From Mycolicibacterium smegmatis (GTDB lineage: Bacteria; Actinomycetota; Actinomycetes; Mycobacteriales; Mycobacteriaceae): a stretch of DNA of 32,000 bases. How positions within the stretch are numbered: position 1 is the stretch's first letter; each line of letters begins with the position of its first letter. The notes under the pieces are model-generated. The model did no database searches, was not told the DNA's origin, and was given only the letters and a program-made list of their open reading frames with translations. Location of the stretch: NCBI RefSeq assembly GCF_001457595.1, contig NZ_LN831039.1, positions 1,710,001 to 1,742,000 on the forward strand. The letters run 5' to 3'. Made by a program: the position numbers and the translations under genes. Below, one piece after another: positions 16,068-25,339 of this stretch.

Positions 16068-16954
16068 ACGGTCTCGTCGCGGCACGCCAGCGCGGCGGTG
16101 ATGAACTCGTCGCGCACTGGATTGTCGGTGGCCGCGTTCCAGATCAGCGTCACCCGGTTGGGTGGCAGGCCCTCGACCGGTACTGCGCGAACATCGGGCC
16201 TGCGGTAGAAGTCTGTCGTCGACCGCGGCATCACCACGAATCCCTCACGCGCGGCCACATGTTCGAGTTTGTCCTCGACGGTGTGGACAGCGGTCGGCGG
16301 CGGCGCCCAGCGCTGTCCGGGTGCGGCGGTACGCCGGACTTCCGCCAGGATGGCGGGATCCTGCAGCAGCAACCGGTCGGCCAGGTCGTCCATCGTCAGC
16401 GATGGCCGCGTGGCCAGCGGATCGTCGGCGGGAAGCACAGCGAAGTACTGCTCCTGCAGCAGCGGTGCCGAGCCGAGGCCGGGGGTGTTGCCGTCGACCT
16501 CACGGGCGTAGACCACGTCGACGTCGCCGCTGCGAACCGACTCGACCTGTTCGGCCCAGCTCACCTGCCGCACGATGGCGCGCCGGCCCGGTCCTGCGGC
16601 TTCGAACGCCGCTGCGGCCGCGGTGGCCCGTAGCCCGGGCATCACGCCCACGGTGACCGTGCGACTCGGCGAAGCTGCTTGAAAAAGCCTTTGTTGCAAG
16701 GCCTTCGCGTCGTCGAGAAGTACCTTGGCATCCTGGAGCAGCTGGGCGCCCGCCGCGCTCAGCTGGGTTCCGTTGGAGCCCCGGACGAACAGTTGCACAC
16801 CGAGTTCGTTCTCGAAAGCGCGGATCTGCCGTGACAGCACGGGTTGGGCGATGTGCAGTCGCTGGGCGGCACGACCGAAGTTCAGCTCTTCGGCGACCGC
16901 GACGAAATAGCGCAGCTTGCGCAGGTCGAGGTCGCGGCTCGGCGATGGGGCCAT
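16064..16954 (-). CDS. LysR-family transcriptional regulator
   Basis: MAPSPSRDLDLRKLRYFVAVAEELNFGRAAQRLHIAQPVLSRQIRAFENELGVQLFVR: classic LysR HTH; 296 aa. Confidence 0.92.
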   Translation of the reverse strand: MAPSPSRDLDLRKLRYFVAVAEELNFGRAAQRLHIAQPVLSRQIRAFENELGVQLFVRGSNGTQLSAAGAQLLQDAKVLLDDAKALQQRLFQAASPSRTVTVGVMPGLRATAAAAAFEAAGPGRRAIVRQVSWAEQVESVRSGDVDVVYAREVDGNTPGLGSAPLLQEQYFAVLPADDPLATRPSLTMDDLADRLLLQDPAILAEVRRTAAPGQRWAPPPTAVHTVEDKLEHVAAREGFVVMPRSTTDFYRRPDVRAVPVEGLPPNRVTLIWNAATDNPVRDEFITAALACRDETV

Positions 16955-17025
16955 ACCGTCAGGGTATCGCCGGACGACGAAAAGAGTCTTGGACGAGCCC
17001 GGACACCGCGACCGACAGTGGAGGC

Positions 17026-17742
17026 ATGAACCTCAAGAATGCACGAGTACTCCTCGTCGGCGGAACCTCCGGCATCGGACTGGGGGTGGCGACGGCGGTG
17101 GCCGAGCGTGGCGGTGTCCCGATCGTCGCATCCCGCAACCAGGCCAGTGTCGACCGCGCCCTGAGCACGTTGCCCGATGGTGCGCGCGGTCTCACGGTCG
17201 ATCTGACCGATCCCGCCGCGCTGGCAGGCTTCGCCGCCCAGGTCGGGCCGATCGAACACCTGGTGTTCACCGCGGGTGAGGCGTTGCAGATGTATCCGCT
17301 CGCCGACATCACCGCCGAGGCCATTCGTGACCTGTTCGGCACCCGGTTCGCCGGGCAACTGCAGACCGTGCGCGCCTTCGCACCGCGCATCACCGCTGGT
17401 GGGTCGATCACGCTGACCAGTGGTACGGCCGCCGACAAGCCAGACCTGGGTGTGCTGCCCGCCGCGGTGTGCGGCGCGGTCAGCGCGATGACGCGGGCGT
17501 TGGCCGTGGAACTGGCACCGTTGCGGGTCAACGCCGTCGCCCCCGGACCGATCGACACCCCGCTGTGGTCGGCGCTCGCCCCCGAGGGGCGCGATGCGCT
17601 CTATGCGCAGTACGCACAACAACTTCCGGCGGGCCGGATGGGTGCGGTGACCGACACCGCGGTGGCCTACACCTATCTCATGGAGCAGGAGTTCGGTACC
17701 GGGCAGGTGCTGACAGTCGACGGTGGAGGCACCCTGGTGTGA
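17026..17742 (+). CDS. Short-chain dehydrogenase/reductase (SDR) family oxidoreductase
   Basis: MNLKNARVLLVGGTSGIGLGVATAVAERG (TGxxxGxG-type nucleotide-binding motif; GGTSGIGLG), VNAVAPGPIDTPLWS, C-terminal LTVDGGGTLV. The usual YxxxK is not obvious (VCGAVSAMTRALA), so it may be an atypical SDR. GGAGG upstream of ATG. Confidence 0.85.
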   Translation: MNLKNARVLLVGGTSGIGLGVATAVAERGGVPIVASRNQASVDRALSTLPDGARGLTVDLTDPAALAGFAAQVGPIEHLVFTAGEALQMYPLADITAEAIRDLFGTRFAGQLQTVRAFAPRITAGGSITLTSGTAADKPDLGVLPAAVCGAVSAMTRALAVELAPLRVNAVAPGPIDTPLWSALAPEGRDALYAQYAQQLPAGRMGAVTDTAVAYTYLMEQEFGTGQVLTVDGGGTLV

Positions 17743-17754
17743 ACCCGGCGGTGC

Positions 17755-19230
17755 TCACGCCGGGGTGGCGACCCGCGGCGTATAGCAGCCGTGGAACGTG
17801 AGCGGCAGATGGTGTCGAAGCCGGCCCTGGTAGACCGGTCCGGCCTCGATGTCCTTGGCCTCCAGGATGATCAGGCTCGCGATGTTCTCCACGCCGTCGA
17901 TCACCGGCACCAGCAGCCAGCCGTCGTCCTCGTCCACCCCGTCGGAGTGCGCCGCGAAGATCGCCTCGTGTGGCAGGTGACCATCGGGTAGTCGGTACAC
18001 CGTCTCCTTGCCAGTGGTGTTGTCGATCTTGGCCACCGCGTTGGGATAGATGTCGCCGCCCAAGGCCGCCGAGAGATACGTGTAGCGGTTCTGCGATGCC
18101 ATGGTCTTGACGTTGAGCATCGGGAACTCGCAGTACAGATCGGTGATCGGCTCGCGGCTCACGTGACCTGACGGCGTGATCCGCAGGCGCGTCAATTGGC
18201 CGCCGTAGGGCATGGTGGCCGTCTGCGCCAGCGTCGGGACCAAGGACAGCTGTCCGTTGAGTTCCTGCCAGCTGGAGTGGTAGTCGACCAGTTCGACGAC
18301 CGTATCTCGGCCATCCTCATAGGCATTCGACAGATGCAGGTGCAGCGACGGGTCGGTGTGCAGGATGCGGGGCCTGCCGCCGTCGCGGGGCACCAGGGCG
18401 ATCATGGTGCCCTGCGTGGCGTCGTAGTCGATGGCATCGATAAAGTTGCGCACACCGATTCCCGCCTCGAGGGACCTGCGCAACGGGAAGACGAGGGGAG
18501 GTATGACGAACACCATGTGGTGATGCGTCAGGCCGACATCGTGGTTGAACATCGGACGCGGCAACGGGACGTGGCCCAGGCGATGCAGCCTGCCGGTACG
18601 GTCGACGCGGTAGCAGATGAGTTTGGGCGTCGGGAACATCGCCAACCCGAAGTTGAACATGTCGCCGGTGGCGAAGTCCCACTTGGGATGTGCCGAGAAC
18701 GCGCCCAGCCACTTCAGGCCGCCGTCGAAATCGTGCGCGCCGAGAGTGTCGAGAGTGTCGGGGTGGATCCGGGTGGGACGGCCGCCTTCCCAGAGCGCAA
18801 GGAGTTTCCCGGCGTGCATGACGACGCCGGTGTTGGCCACGTTGGCCGGCAGTCGCAGCGCGTTGGCGAGTTTCCCTCCGGGACGCATCGTCCCGAGTGC
18901 GCGGTACGGAGCGCCTTTGGACGCCAACGATTTCTCGTAGTGTTTGGTGCGGACATAGCGATTGCGGAAGCGCACCGTGCCGTCGGACATCACGAACATC
19001 GACAGCATGCCGTCGCCGTCGAACAGGTGCCCCAGTTGTTGACCGCCCGCGTCGAGCTTGCCCGGCCCGTTGCGGTACAGGGTGCCGCGCAGCGCGTCGG
19101 GAAGTGCGCCTTCGACGTCGTCGATGGTGTAGTCGTACTCCTCGTACAACGACGTGTTGTAGGGCGAATACGGGGAGAACGTGCCTTCGGTGACGTCGCT
19201 GGGAGCGAGACGGGGAGGGCTCCTGTGCAT
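17755..19230 (-). CDS. Carotenoid oxygenase (RPE65/lignostilbene dioxygenase family)
   Basis: 491 aa; LRGTLYRNGPG, LFDGDGMLSMF, and candidate iron-ligand His contexts SAHPKWD, MFNHDVGLTHHH, LHLSNAYEDG and LTFHGCYTPR. Confidence 0.9.
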   Translation of the reverse strand: MHRSPPRLAPSDVTEGTFSPYSPYNTSLYEEYDYTIDDVEGALPDALRGTLYRNGPGKLDAGGQQLGHLFDGDGMLSMFVMSDGTVRFRNRYVRTKHYEKSLASKGAPYRALGTMRPGGKLANALRLPANVANTGVVMHAGKLLALWEGGRPTRIHPDTLDTLGAHDFDGGLKWLGAFSAHPKWDFATGDMFNFGLAMFPTPKLICYRVDRTGRLHRLGHVPLPRPMFNHDVGLTHHHMVFVIPPLVFPLRRSLEAGIGVRNFIDAIDYDATQGTMIALVPRDGGRPRILHTDPSLHLHLSNAYEDGRDTVVELVDYHSSWQELNGQLSLVPTLAQTATMPYGGQLTRLRITPSGHVSREPITDLYCEFPMLNVKTMASQNRYTYLSAALGGDIYPNAVAKIDNTTGKETVYRLPDGHLPHEAIFAAHSDGVDEDDGWLLVPVIDGVENIASLIILEAKDIEAGPVYQGRLRHHLPLTFHGCYTPRVATPA

Positions 19231-19251
19231 GAGTGCCTCCCAACTTCATTA

Positions 19252-19265
19252 ATTGGTCGACCAAT
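19252..19265. promoter_or_regulatory. Perfect 14-bp palindrome, candidate TetR operator
   Basis: ATTGGTCGACCAAT in the intergenic region between the divergent carotenoid oxygenase and TetR genes. Confidence 0.6.
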
Positions 19266-19415
19266 ATAATAATGCCGCCGCGCCGGTGTGTACAGCTTTC
19301 GCGCGGCACCCACCGCAGACGCACTCGTGCTCGTGGGCGGTCAGATGCGTTGCCGGCCCGACGGAACCGGGTGGTAAACGGGTCTTCGCCTGTTCTCGGG
19401 CCGTCTCTGACGGTG

Positions 19416-20096
19416 ATGTTGACAACCGTCGTGGTCGCCCAGTTTGTGCGGCATGTGGGTGAAGATGGAGAAATGAGGCAGACCAGGGCCGCCAGATCGG
19501 GGCCGGGACGTCCAGCAGGCACCGACAGTGTCGACACGCGGCAACGCGTGATCGACGCGGCCTGTCGCTGTTTCGCGCAGTACGGCTACGGGCCGGCAAC
19601 CAACAATCAGATTGCCGAGATGGCCGGTGTGACAGCGGGTTCGGTCTATTACCACTTCGGCACCAAGAACAAGTTGTTCGAGGCCGTGTGTGACGACGTC
19701 TACGGCAAGATCCTCACCCGGGTCATGCTGGCCGTCTCCGGATCGCATTCGGTGGTCGGCTTGCTGCGGGCGGTGTTGACCGAGTCGATGCGAATCAACC
19801 ACGAGTCGCCCGAGCTGGCCGGTTTCGTCGCGACTGCGCCCATCGATGCGCGCAGACACCGCGAGCTCGCGGAATCGTTCGCCACACAGGGTGCGCGCAT
19901 GGCCGACGCGCTGACCGACGCGGTGCGGTCGGGGCAGGACGCCGGCGACATCGCCGCCGATCTCGATCCGGTGCGTGTCGCACGCCTGATCAGCGCCGTC
20001 GTCGACGGGTTCGCGCATGCGGCGGTCTCTGCCGACCCCGACGAGATGGACAATATGAACGAGCTTTTCCAGTCGCTGCTGCTCGACACCACATAG
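19416..20096 (+). CDS. TetR-family transcriptional regulator
   Basis: TRQRVIDAACRCFAQYGYGPATNNQIAEMAGVTAGSVYYHFGTKNKLFEAVCDDVY HTH; start ambiguous (ATG 19416 or ATG 19473). Confidence 0.88.
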   Translation: MLTTVVVAQFVRHVGEDGEMRQTRAARSGPGRPAGTDSVDTRQRVIDAACRCFAQYGYGPATNNQIAEMAGVTAGSVYYHFGTKNKLFEAVCDDVYGKILTRVMLAVSGSHSVVGLLRAVLTESMRINHESPELAGFVATAPIDARRHRELAESFATQGARMADALTDAVRSGQDAGDIAADLDPVRVARLISAVVDGFAHAAVSADPDEMDNMNELFQSLLLDTT

Positions 20097-20123
20097 GCAC
20101 TCGGGCAACGCCGTTGGCATCAC

Positions 20124-21164
20124 CTACCGCGTGAGCGCCACCAGCTCCTCGCAGAACCGCACGGCTTCGGCCGTATCGGTCGCGATTGGGTGCACCAGTA
20201 GCGTCGTCACGCCGGACTCGGCGTAGGCCGCCAGCCGTTCCTTGACGAAACCCCTTGGCCCGACCAGCGATACATTGCGCACCAGGTCGTCGGGCACGGC
20301 CGCGATCGCCTCGGCCTTCTTGCCCGCCAGGTACAGGTCCTGGATCTGATCGGCGACCTCACCGTAGCCGTAGCGGGTGGCGAGGTTGTGGTAGAAGTTC
20401 TTTCCGCGTGCGCCCATGCCGCCGATGTACAGCGCCAGTTGTGGTTTCGCCCAGGCCAACCGGTCGTCGACGTCGTCGCCGATCGCGAGGCTCGCGCTCA
20501 CCACGACGTCGAGCGGGCCGAGGTCCGGGTCCCGTTTGGCCGCACCCGCGCGCAGCGCATCGCCCCATACGTCGTCGGCCTTTTCCGGGAAGTAGAACAC
20601 CGGCTGCCAGCCCTCGGCGATCTCGGCGGTCAGTTCCACGTTCTTGGGTCCGAGCGCGGCTATCGTGATCGGGATACGTTCGCGCACCGGGTGATTGATC
20701 AGGTGCAGCGACTTGCCCAGGCCCGTGCCCCGTTCGGCGGGCAGAGGCAGTTGGTAGTACCTGCCGTCGAAATCGACGTTCTCGCGCCGCCACACCTGCC
20801 TGCAGATCTCGACCACCTCGCGCGTGCGTCCCAGCGGCGCGTCGAACGGGACGCCGTGGAAGCCCTCCACGACCTGCGGGCCCGAGGTGCCGATGCCCAG
20901 GCGGAACCGTCCGTCGGAGACGTAGTCGACGCCCGCGGCCGTCATCGCCAGAAGCGAGGGCGTGCGCGTGTAGATCGGCACCACGCCGGTGCCGAGTTCG
21001 ATCGTGGAGGTCTTGGCGGCCAGGTATCCGAGCTGGCTGATCGCGTCGAAGGAGTAGGCCTCGGCGACCAGTGCGATGTCGACGCCCACCTTCTCGAGCT
21101 CGACCACCTGATCGGCCGCCTCTTTGAAACCGCCCGCATAACTCAGGAAGATGCCGGTCCGCAT
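20124..21164 (-). CDS. LLM-class (luciferase-like) flavin/F420-dependent oxidoreductase
   Basis: MRTGIFLSYAGGFKEAADQVVELEKVGVDIALVAEAYSFDAISQLGYLAAKTSTIELGTGVVPIYTRTPSLLAMTAAGVDYVSDGRFRLGIGTSGPQVVEGFHG; F420/LLM pattern; start 21164 or GTG 21167. Confidence 0.88.
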   Translation of the reverse strand: MRTGIFLSYAGGFKEAADQVVELEKVGVDIALVAEAYSFDAISQLGYLAAKTSTIELGTGVVPIYTRTPSLLAMTAAGVDYVSDGRFRLGIGTSGPQVVEGFHGVPFDAPLGRTREVVEICRQVWRRENVDFDGRYYQLPLPAERGTGLGKSLHLINHPVRERIPITIAALGPKNVELTAEIAEGWQPVFYFPEKADDVWGDALRAGAAKRDPDLGPLDVVVSASLAIGDDVDDRLAWAKPQLALYIGGMGARGKNFYHNLATRYGYGEVADQIQDLYLAGKKAEAIAAVPDDLVRNVSLVGPRGFVKERLAAYAESGVTTLLVHPIATDTAEAVRFCEELVALTR

Positions 21165-21179
21165 CACCGTGTTATACAC

Positions 21180-21191
21180 CCAACCGGTTGG
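21180..21191. promoter_or_regulatory. Perfect 12-bp palindrome upstream of the LLM oxidoreductase
   Basis: CCAACCGGTTGG between the LLM gene start and the next minus-strand gene. Confidence 0.35.
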
Positions 21192-21214
21192 TTGAGGAAG
21201 CATCAGGCTTCAGG

Positions 21215-22066
21215 TCAGGGCTTCAGCATCGCGACGACCCTATCCTCCAACGCCGCCGCGTCCTCGGCGGGGTCGGCGGTCACGGCGTGCGGAAGCGCCA
21301 CCTCGGGATCGGCGAAATCGCGATAGGTCTTGTCACCGGCCAGCGTGGCCAGAAGGAAACCGGTCAGCAGGGCCCGGACCCGCTTCTGGGTGCCCTTGTC
21401 CGCCCCGGGCAGACCGACGAACTTGGCCAGGCGCCGTCCCTCTACCAGGCCGCCGGCCTCGACGTCGTCGACCGCGCGCAGCGTCGCATCCGGCCACGCC
21501 CGCGCCAACTCGACCGCGTTCGAGCGCAGCGTCATGCGGTCACCCGGATCGGTGAGCACCAGACCCGGGATCCTCAGCCCCGCCGCGGGCTGCTCGGCCG
21601 GCGGCTTGGTGACGGTGGGGAACAGGGCGGCGACGGTTTTCGGCGCGTTGGGCGCCGAGGCCAGGCCCGCCGCGGCGAACACTGCCGCCGACGCGCCGAA
21701 CCCGTGCCCCACCAGACCCCGCTTCGCCGGGTGGACGCTGATCTTTCCCTGGCCCAGGCGGACACCGCTGACGATGTCGAGCGCCGAACCCAGGTCGAAC
21801 GCGAAGTTCAGCACCGACGGCAGCGGCCCGGTCTCGGTGTTGGGTGCGGCCGCGACGATGCCCCAGGACGCCAGGTGCTCCAGCGTGCCTGCGTAGTTGT
21901 CGGCCTTGGTGATCCAGTCGTGGCCGAACGCGACACCGGGAAGGTTGAAGCCGGACTCGGGCGTGTAGATGACGCCGGGCAGGCCGGCGAACGCCAGATC
22001 GCCGCGCAGGACGCGGTGCGGTCCACGGCGGGTCAACGCAGAAAAGAGCTTCTTCGTGCTGGCCAC
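21215..22066 (-). CDS. Alpha/beta-hydrolase-fold protein (Rv3438-like by synteny), possibly non-catalytic
   Basis: 283 aa; VAFGHDWITKADNY...ASWGIVAAAPNTE...GLVGHGFGASAAVFAAAG; fold-like sequence with Gly instead of Ser at the elbow. Confidence 0.65.
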   Translation of the reverse strand: MASTKKLFSALTRRGPHRVLRGDLAFAGLPGVIYTPESGFNLPGVAFGHDWITKADNYAGTLEHLASWGIVAAAPNTETGPLPSVLNFAFDLGSALDIVSGVRLGQGKISVHPAKRGLVGHGFGASAAVFAAAGLASAPNAPKTVAALFPTVTKPPAEQPAAGLRIPGLVLTDPGDRMTLRSNAVELARAWPDATLRAVDDVEAGGLVEGRRLAKFVGLPGADKGTQKRVRALLTGFLLATLAGDKTYRDFADPEVALPHAVTADPAEDAAALEDRVVAMLKP

Positions 22067-22245
22067 CCGATGACGTTAACCCACACCTGTGCCCGGTCAG
22101 GTTCCCGAGCGCGAAGTTGCCGCCCCGACCGGTGACCACGGTCACGCCGTGACCGGCGCCATCCGGCGCTGATCCGGCAAGGAACCGGGGGAGCGACCCG
22201 GCGGCGCTCCGGACGTTCGGACGCCCTGCACTACCCTGGTTCACT

Positions 22246-24132
22246 ATGTGTGGAATCGTCGGCTACGTAGGGCACCGCCCGGCCCGCGGCATCGTGGTCG
22301 ACGCGCTGCGCCGGATGGAGTACCGCGGATACGACTCCGCGGGCATCGCCCTGATCGACGGCAACGGCGGGTTGACGGTCCGCCGCCGCGCCGGGCGGCT
22401 GGCCAACCTGGAGGCCGCGCTCGCCGAGACCGACAGCAACGACGGTGACGTCCTGGGCGGCAGCACCGGCCTGGGCCACACCCGCTGGGCCACCCACGGC
22501 AGGCCCACCGACCGCAACGCGCACCCGCACCGCGACGCCGCGGGCAAGATCGCCGTCGTCCACAACGGCATCATCGAGAACTTCGCGCCCCTGCGCGCCG
22601 AACTGGAGGCCGCGGGCGTCGAGTTCGCCAGCGACACCGACACCGAGGTCGCCGTGCACCTGGTGGCCCGCCAGTACACCCAGGGCGACACCGCGGGCGA
22701 TTTCCCCGCCTCCGTGCTCTCGGTGCTGCAACGGCTCGAAGGCCACTTCACGCTGGTGTTCGCCAGCGCCGACGATCCGGGGACGATCGTCGCCGCGCGC
22801 CGTTCGACGCCGCTGGTGCTCGGGATCGGCGACGGCGAGATGTTCGTCGGCTCCGACGTCGCGGCGTTCATCGAGCACACCCGCGACGCCGTCGAACTCG
22901 GACAGGACCAGGCCGTGGTCCTCACCGCCGACGGCTACCGGATCACCGACTTCGCGGGCAACGACCGTCTGGAGGCCGGCCTCGACTACCGCGAGTTCCA
23001 TATCGACTGGGACCTGAACGCCGCCGAAAAGGGTGGCTACGACTACTTCATGCTCAAGGAGATCGCCGAGCAGCCCTCTGCCGTCGCCGACACGCTGCTG
23101 GGGCACTTCGACAACAACCGCATCGTGCTCGACGAGCAACGCCTGAGCGATCAGGAACTCCGCGAGATCGACAAGGTCTTCATCGTCGCGTGCGGCACCG
23201 CCTACCACTCGGGACTGCTGGCCAAGTACGCCATCGAGCACTGGACGCGGTTGCCCGTCGAGGTCGAGCTCGCGAGCGAATTCCGTTACCGCGACCCGGT
23301 TCTGGACCGCAGCACGCTGGTGATCGCGATCTCGCAGTCCGGCGAGACCGCCGACACGCTCGAAGCTGTGCGCCACGCCAAGACGCAGAAGGCCAAGGTG
23401 TTGGCCATCTGCAACACCAACGGCAGCCAGATCCCGCGCGAGGCCGACGCCGTGCTCTACACGCGGGCCGGGCCGGAGATCGGCGTGGCCGCCACCAAGA
23501 CGTTCCTGGCGCAGATCGCGGCCAACTATCTCGTGGGGCTTGCGCTCGCACAGGCGCGCGGCACCAAGTACCCCGACGAGGTGGCCCGCGAGTACCGCGA
23601 GCTCGAAGCCATGCCGGACCTGATCAAACGTGTTCTGGCCGGGATGGATTCGGTGGCCGCGCTCGCCGAGCGCTTCGCGCCGTCGTCCACGGTGCTGTTC
23701 CTCGGGCGTCATGTCGGCTACCCGGTGGCGCTCGAAGGTGCGCTCAAGCTCAAGGAACTCGCGTACATGCACGCCGAGGGCTTCGCGGCCGGTGAGCTCA
23801 AGCACGGCCCCATCGCGCTGATCGACGAGAACCTCCCGGTCATCGTCGTGATGCCGTCGCCCAAGAACGCGGCGATGTTGCACGCCAAGCTGCTGTCCAA
23901 CATCCGCGAGATCCAGGCGCGCGGCGCGGTGACCGTGGTGATCGCCGAGGAGGACGACGACACGGTGCGGCCCTACGCCGATCACCTGATCGAGATCCCA
24001 TCGGTGTCAACGCTTTTCCAGCCGCTGCTGTCGACGATCCCGCTGCAGGTGTTCGCCGCGGGCGTGGCCCGTGCGCGCGGGTACGACGTCGACAAACCGC
24101 GCAACCTGGCGAAATCGGTCACGGTCGAATAA
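22246..24132 (+). CDS. glmS: Glutamine-fructose-6-phosphate aminotransferase (isomerizing)
   Basis: MCGIVGYVGHRPA N-terminal Ntn Cys; GHTRWATHGRPTDRNAHPH; two SIS domains (AISQSGETADTLEA, LKLKELAYMHAEGFAAGELKHGPIALI); C-terminal DVDKPRNLAKSVTVE. Confidence 0.97.
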   Translation: MCGIVGYVGHRPARGIVVDALRRMEYRGYDSAGIALIDGNGGLTVRRRAGRLANLEAALAETDSNDGDVLGGSTGLGHTRWATHGRPTDRNAHPHRDAAGKIAVVHNGIIENFAPLRAELEAAGVEFASDTDTEVAVHLVARQYTQGDTAGDFPASVLSVLQRLEGHFTLVFASADDPGTIVAARRSTPLVLGIGDGEMFVGSDVAAFIEHTRDAVELGQDQAVVLTADGYRITDFAGNDRLEAGLDYREFHIDWDLNAAEKGGYDYFMLKEIAEQPSAVADTLLGHFDNNRIVLDEQRLSDQELREIDKVFIVACGTAYHSGLLAKYAIEHWTRLPVEVELASEFRYRDPVLDRSTLVIAISQSGETADTLEAVRHAKTQKAKVLAICNTNGSQIPREADAVLYTRAGPEIGVAATKTFLAQIAANYLVGLALAQARGTKYPDEVAREYRELEAMPDLIKRVLAGMDSVAALAERFAPSSTVLFLGRHVGYPVALEGALKLKELAYMHAEGFAAGELKHGPIALIDENLPVIVVMPSPKNAAMLHAKLLSNIREIQARGAVTVVIAEEDDDTVRPYADHLIEIPSVSTLFQPLLSTIPLQVFAAGVARARGYDVDKPRNLAKSVTVE

Positions 24133-24135
24133 CCC

Positions 24136-25074
24136 ATGGAGGTGGCCGTGCCGCAGGTCAACATCGCTTCGCGATGGAGCCGCGGCGGCCTCGGCGCGTT
24201 CGTGGGCGAGGCAGCGTTCGCCCACTACCTGGACGCCTACCGGGCCGGGATGGCGTTGCTGCCGCCATGCGAGACCTTCGACGTGCCAACCGCGTTCGGC
24301 ACTGTGCGTGCCTACCGGTTCGCCGGGCCCGAGTGTGGGGCGCCGGTGGTCCTGCTGCCGGGACGCAACGCGGCGGCGCCGATGTACGCCACCAATCTCA
24401 AGGCGCTGCTGCGCCACCGCACGGTCTATGCGGTCGACCTGCTCGGTGAGGCCGGTCTTTCGGTGCAGCACACCCCGATCCGCACGATCGAGGATCAGGC
24501 GCACTGGCTTGACGACGCGCTGGGCGGGCTCGGACTCGACCGTGCGCACCTGTTCGGGGTGTCGGTCGGCGGGTGGACCGCGGTCAATGCGGCCGTGCAC
24601 CGCCCCCGGCGTATCGCGTCGCTCACGCTGCTGGACCCGGTGTTCACGTTCGTGCGGATGCCGCTCGCACCCATCGCGGCCTCGGTCCTGATGTTCGCCC
24701 CCGGTGTGCCCGAGCGGTGGCGCCGTCGCGTGCAGAGCTGGATCGCCGGCGGGGCCGACCTCGATGCCGCCGCGCCCGAGGCCACGCTGATCGGGGCGGG
24801 AGCAACGGATTTCACGCTGCGCACCCCCATGCCCAAGCTGTTCACCGACGAGCAGTTGCGAGCGGTCGACCTCCCCGTGCTCGCACTGATCGCCGGACGC
24901 AGCGTCATGCTCGACCCGCAGCGGGCCGTCGCGCGCGCCCGGGCCCTGCTGCCACGCGGGCAGGTGGAACTGTGGCCGGACGCCTCGCACGCCATCAACG
25001 GCGAATATCCCGACGAGATCGCCGAGCGCGCCCGCCGCATGTGGGACCAGGTCGACGGCGTCCGCCGCGGGTGA
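24136..25074 (+). CDS. Alpha/beta hydrolase
   Basis: VVLLPGRNAAAPMY...HLFGVSVGGWTAVNAAVHRPRRIASLTLLDPVFTF...WPDASHAINGEYPDEI: GxSxG nucleophile (GVSVG) and late His. Confidence 0.85.
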   Translation: MEVAVPQVNIASRWSRGGLGAFVGEAAFAHYLDAYRAGMALLPPCETFDVPTAFGTVRAYRFAGPECGAPVVLLPGRNAAAPMYATNLKALLRHRTVYAVDLLGEAGLSVQHTPIRTIEDQAHWLDDALGGLGLDRAHLFGVSVGGWTAVNAAVHRPRRIASLTLLDPVFTFVRMPLAPIAASVLMFAPGVPERWRRRVQSWIAGGADLDAAAPEATLIGAGATDFTLRTPMPKLFTDEQLRAVDLPVLALIAGRSVMLDPQRAVARARALLPRGQVELWPDASHAINGEYPDEIAERARRMWDQVDGVRRG

Positions 25075-25152
25075 ACTCATGGCGACTGTCCGCGAACAGT
25101 TCGACGCACGCTTCGAGTGCGAGCTCAAACTCTTGATTTCGGGTATTCGCCG

Positions 25153-25209
25153 CGAACGTCGACTTCTGTGCGAGTTTTCGCCCGGATGTGAGCAACAAGC
25201 CCACGTTCG
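25153..25209. repeat. Degenerate relative of the 9871/10827 palindromic repeat
   Basis: CGAACGTCGACTTCTGTGCGAG ... CAACAAGCCCACGTTCG keeps the arm pattern with several mismatches. Confidence 0.4.
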
Positions 25210-25339
25210 GCGTTGACGCCCAGCCCCACGGCCAACCCGCACGCGATCAACCCCACGCCGCACCACACCGCCACGCCGGGGACGGCCCCCGTGAGCGGGA
25301 TACCGATGACCGCGGCGGCGACTCGTGCCACTCCCGTCA

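Noticed and set aside
21180-21191. KstR (cholesterol regulon) operator
   Set aside because: Has the AACnnGTT core but lacks the outer T/A positions of TnnAACnnGTTnnA as I recall it; assignment not supported.
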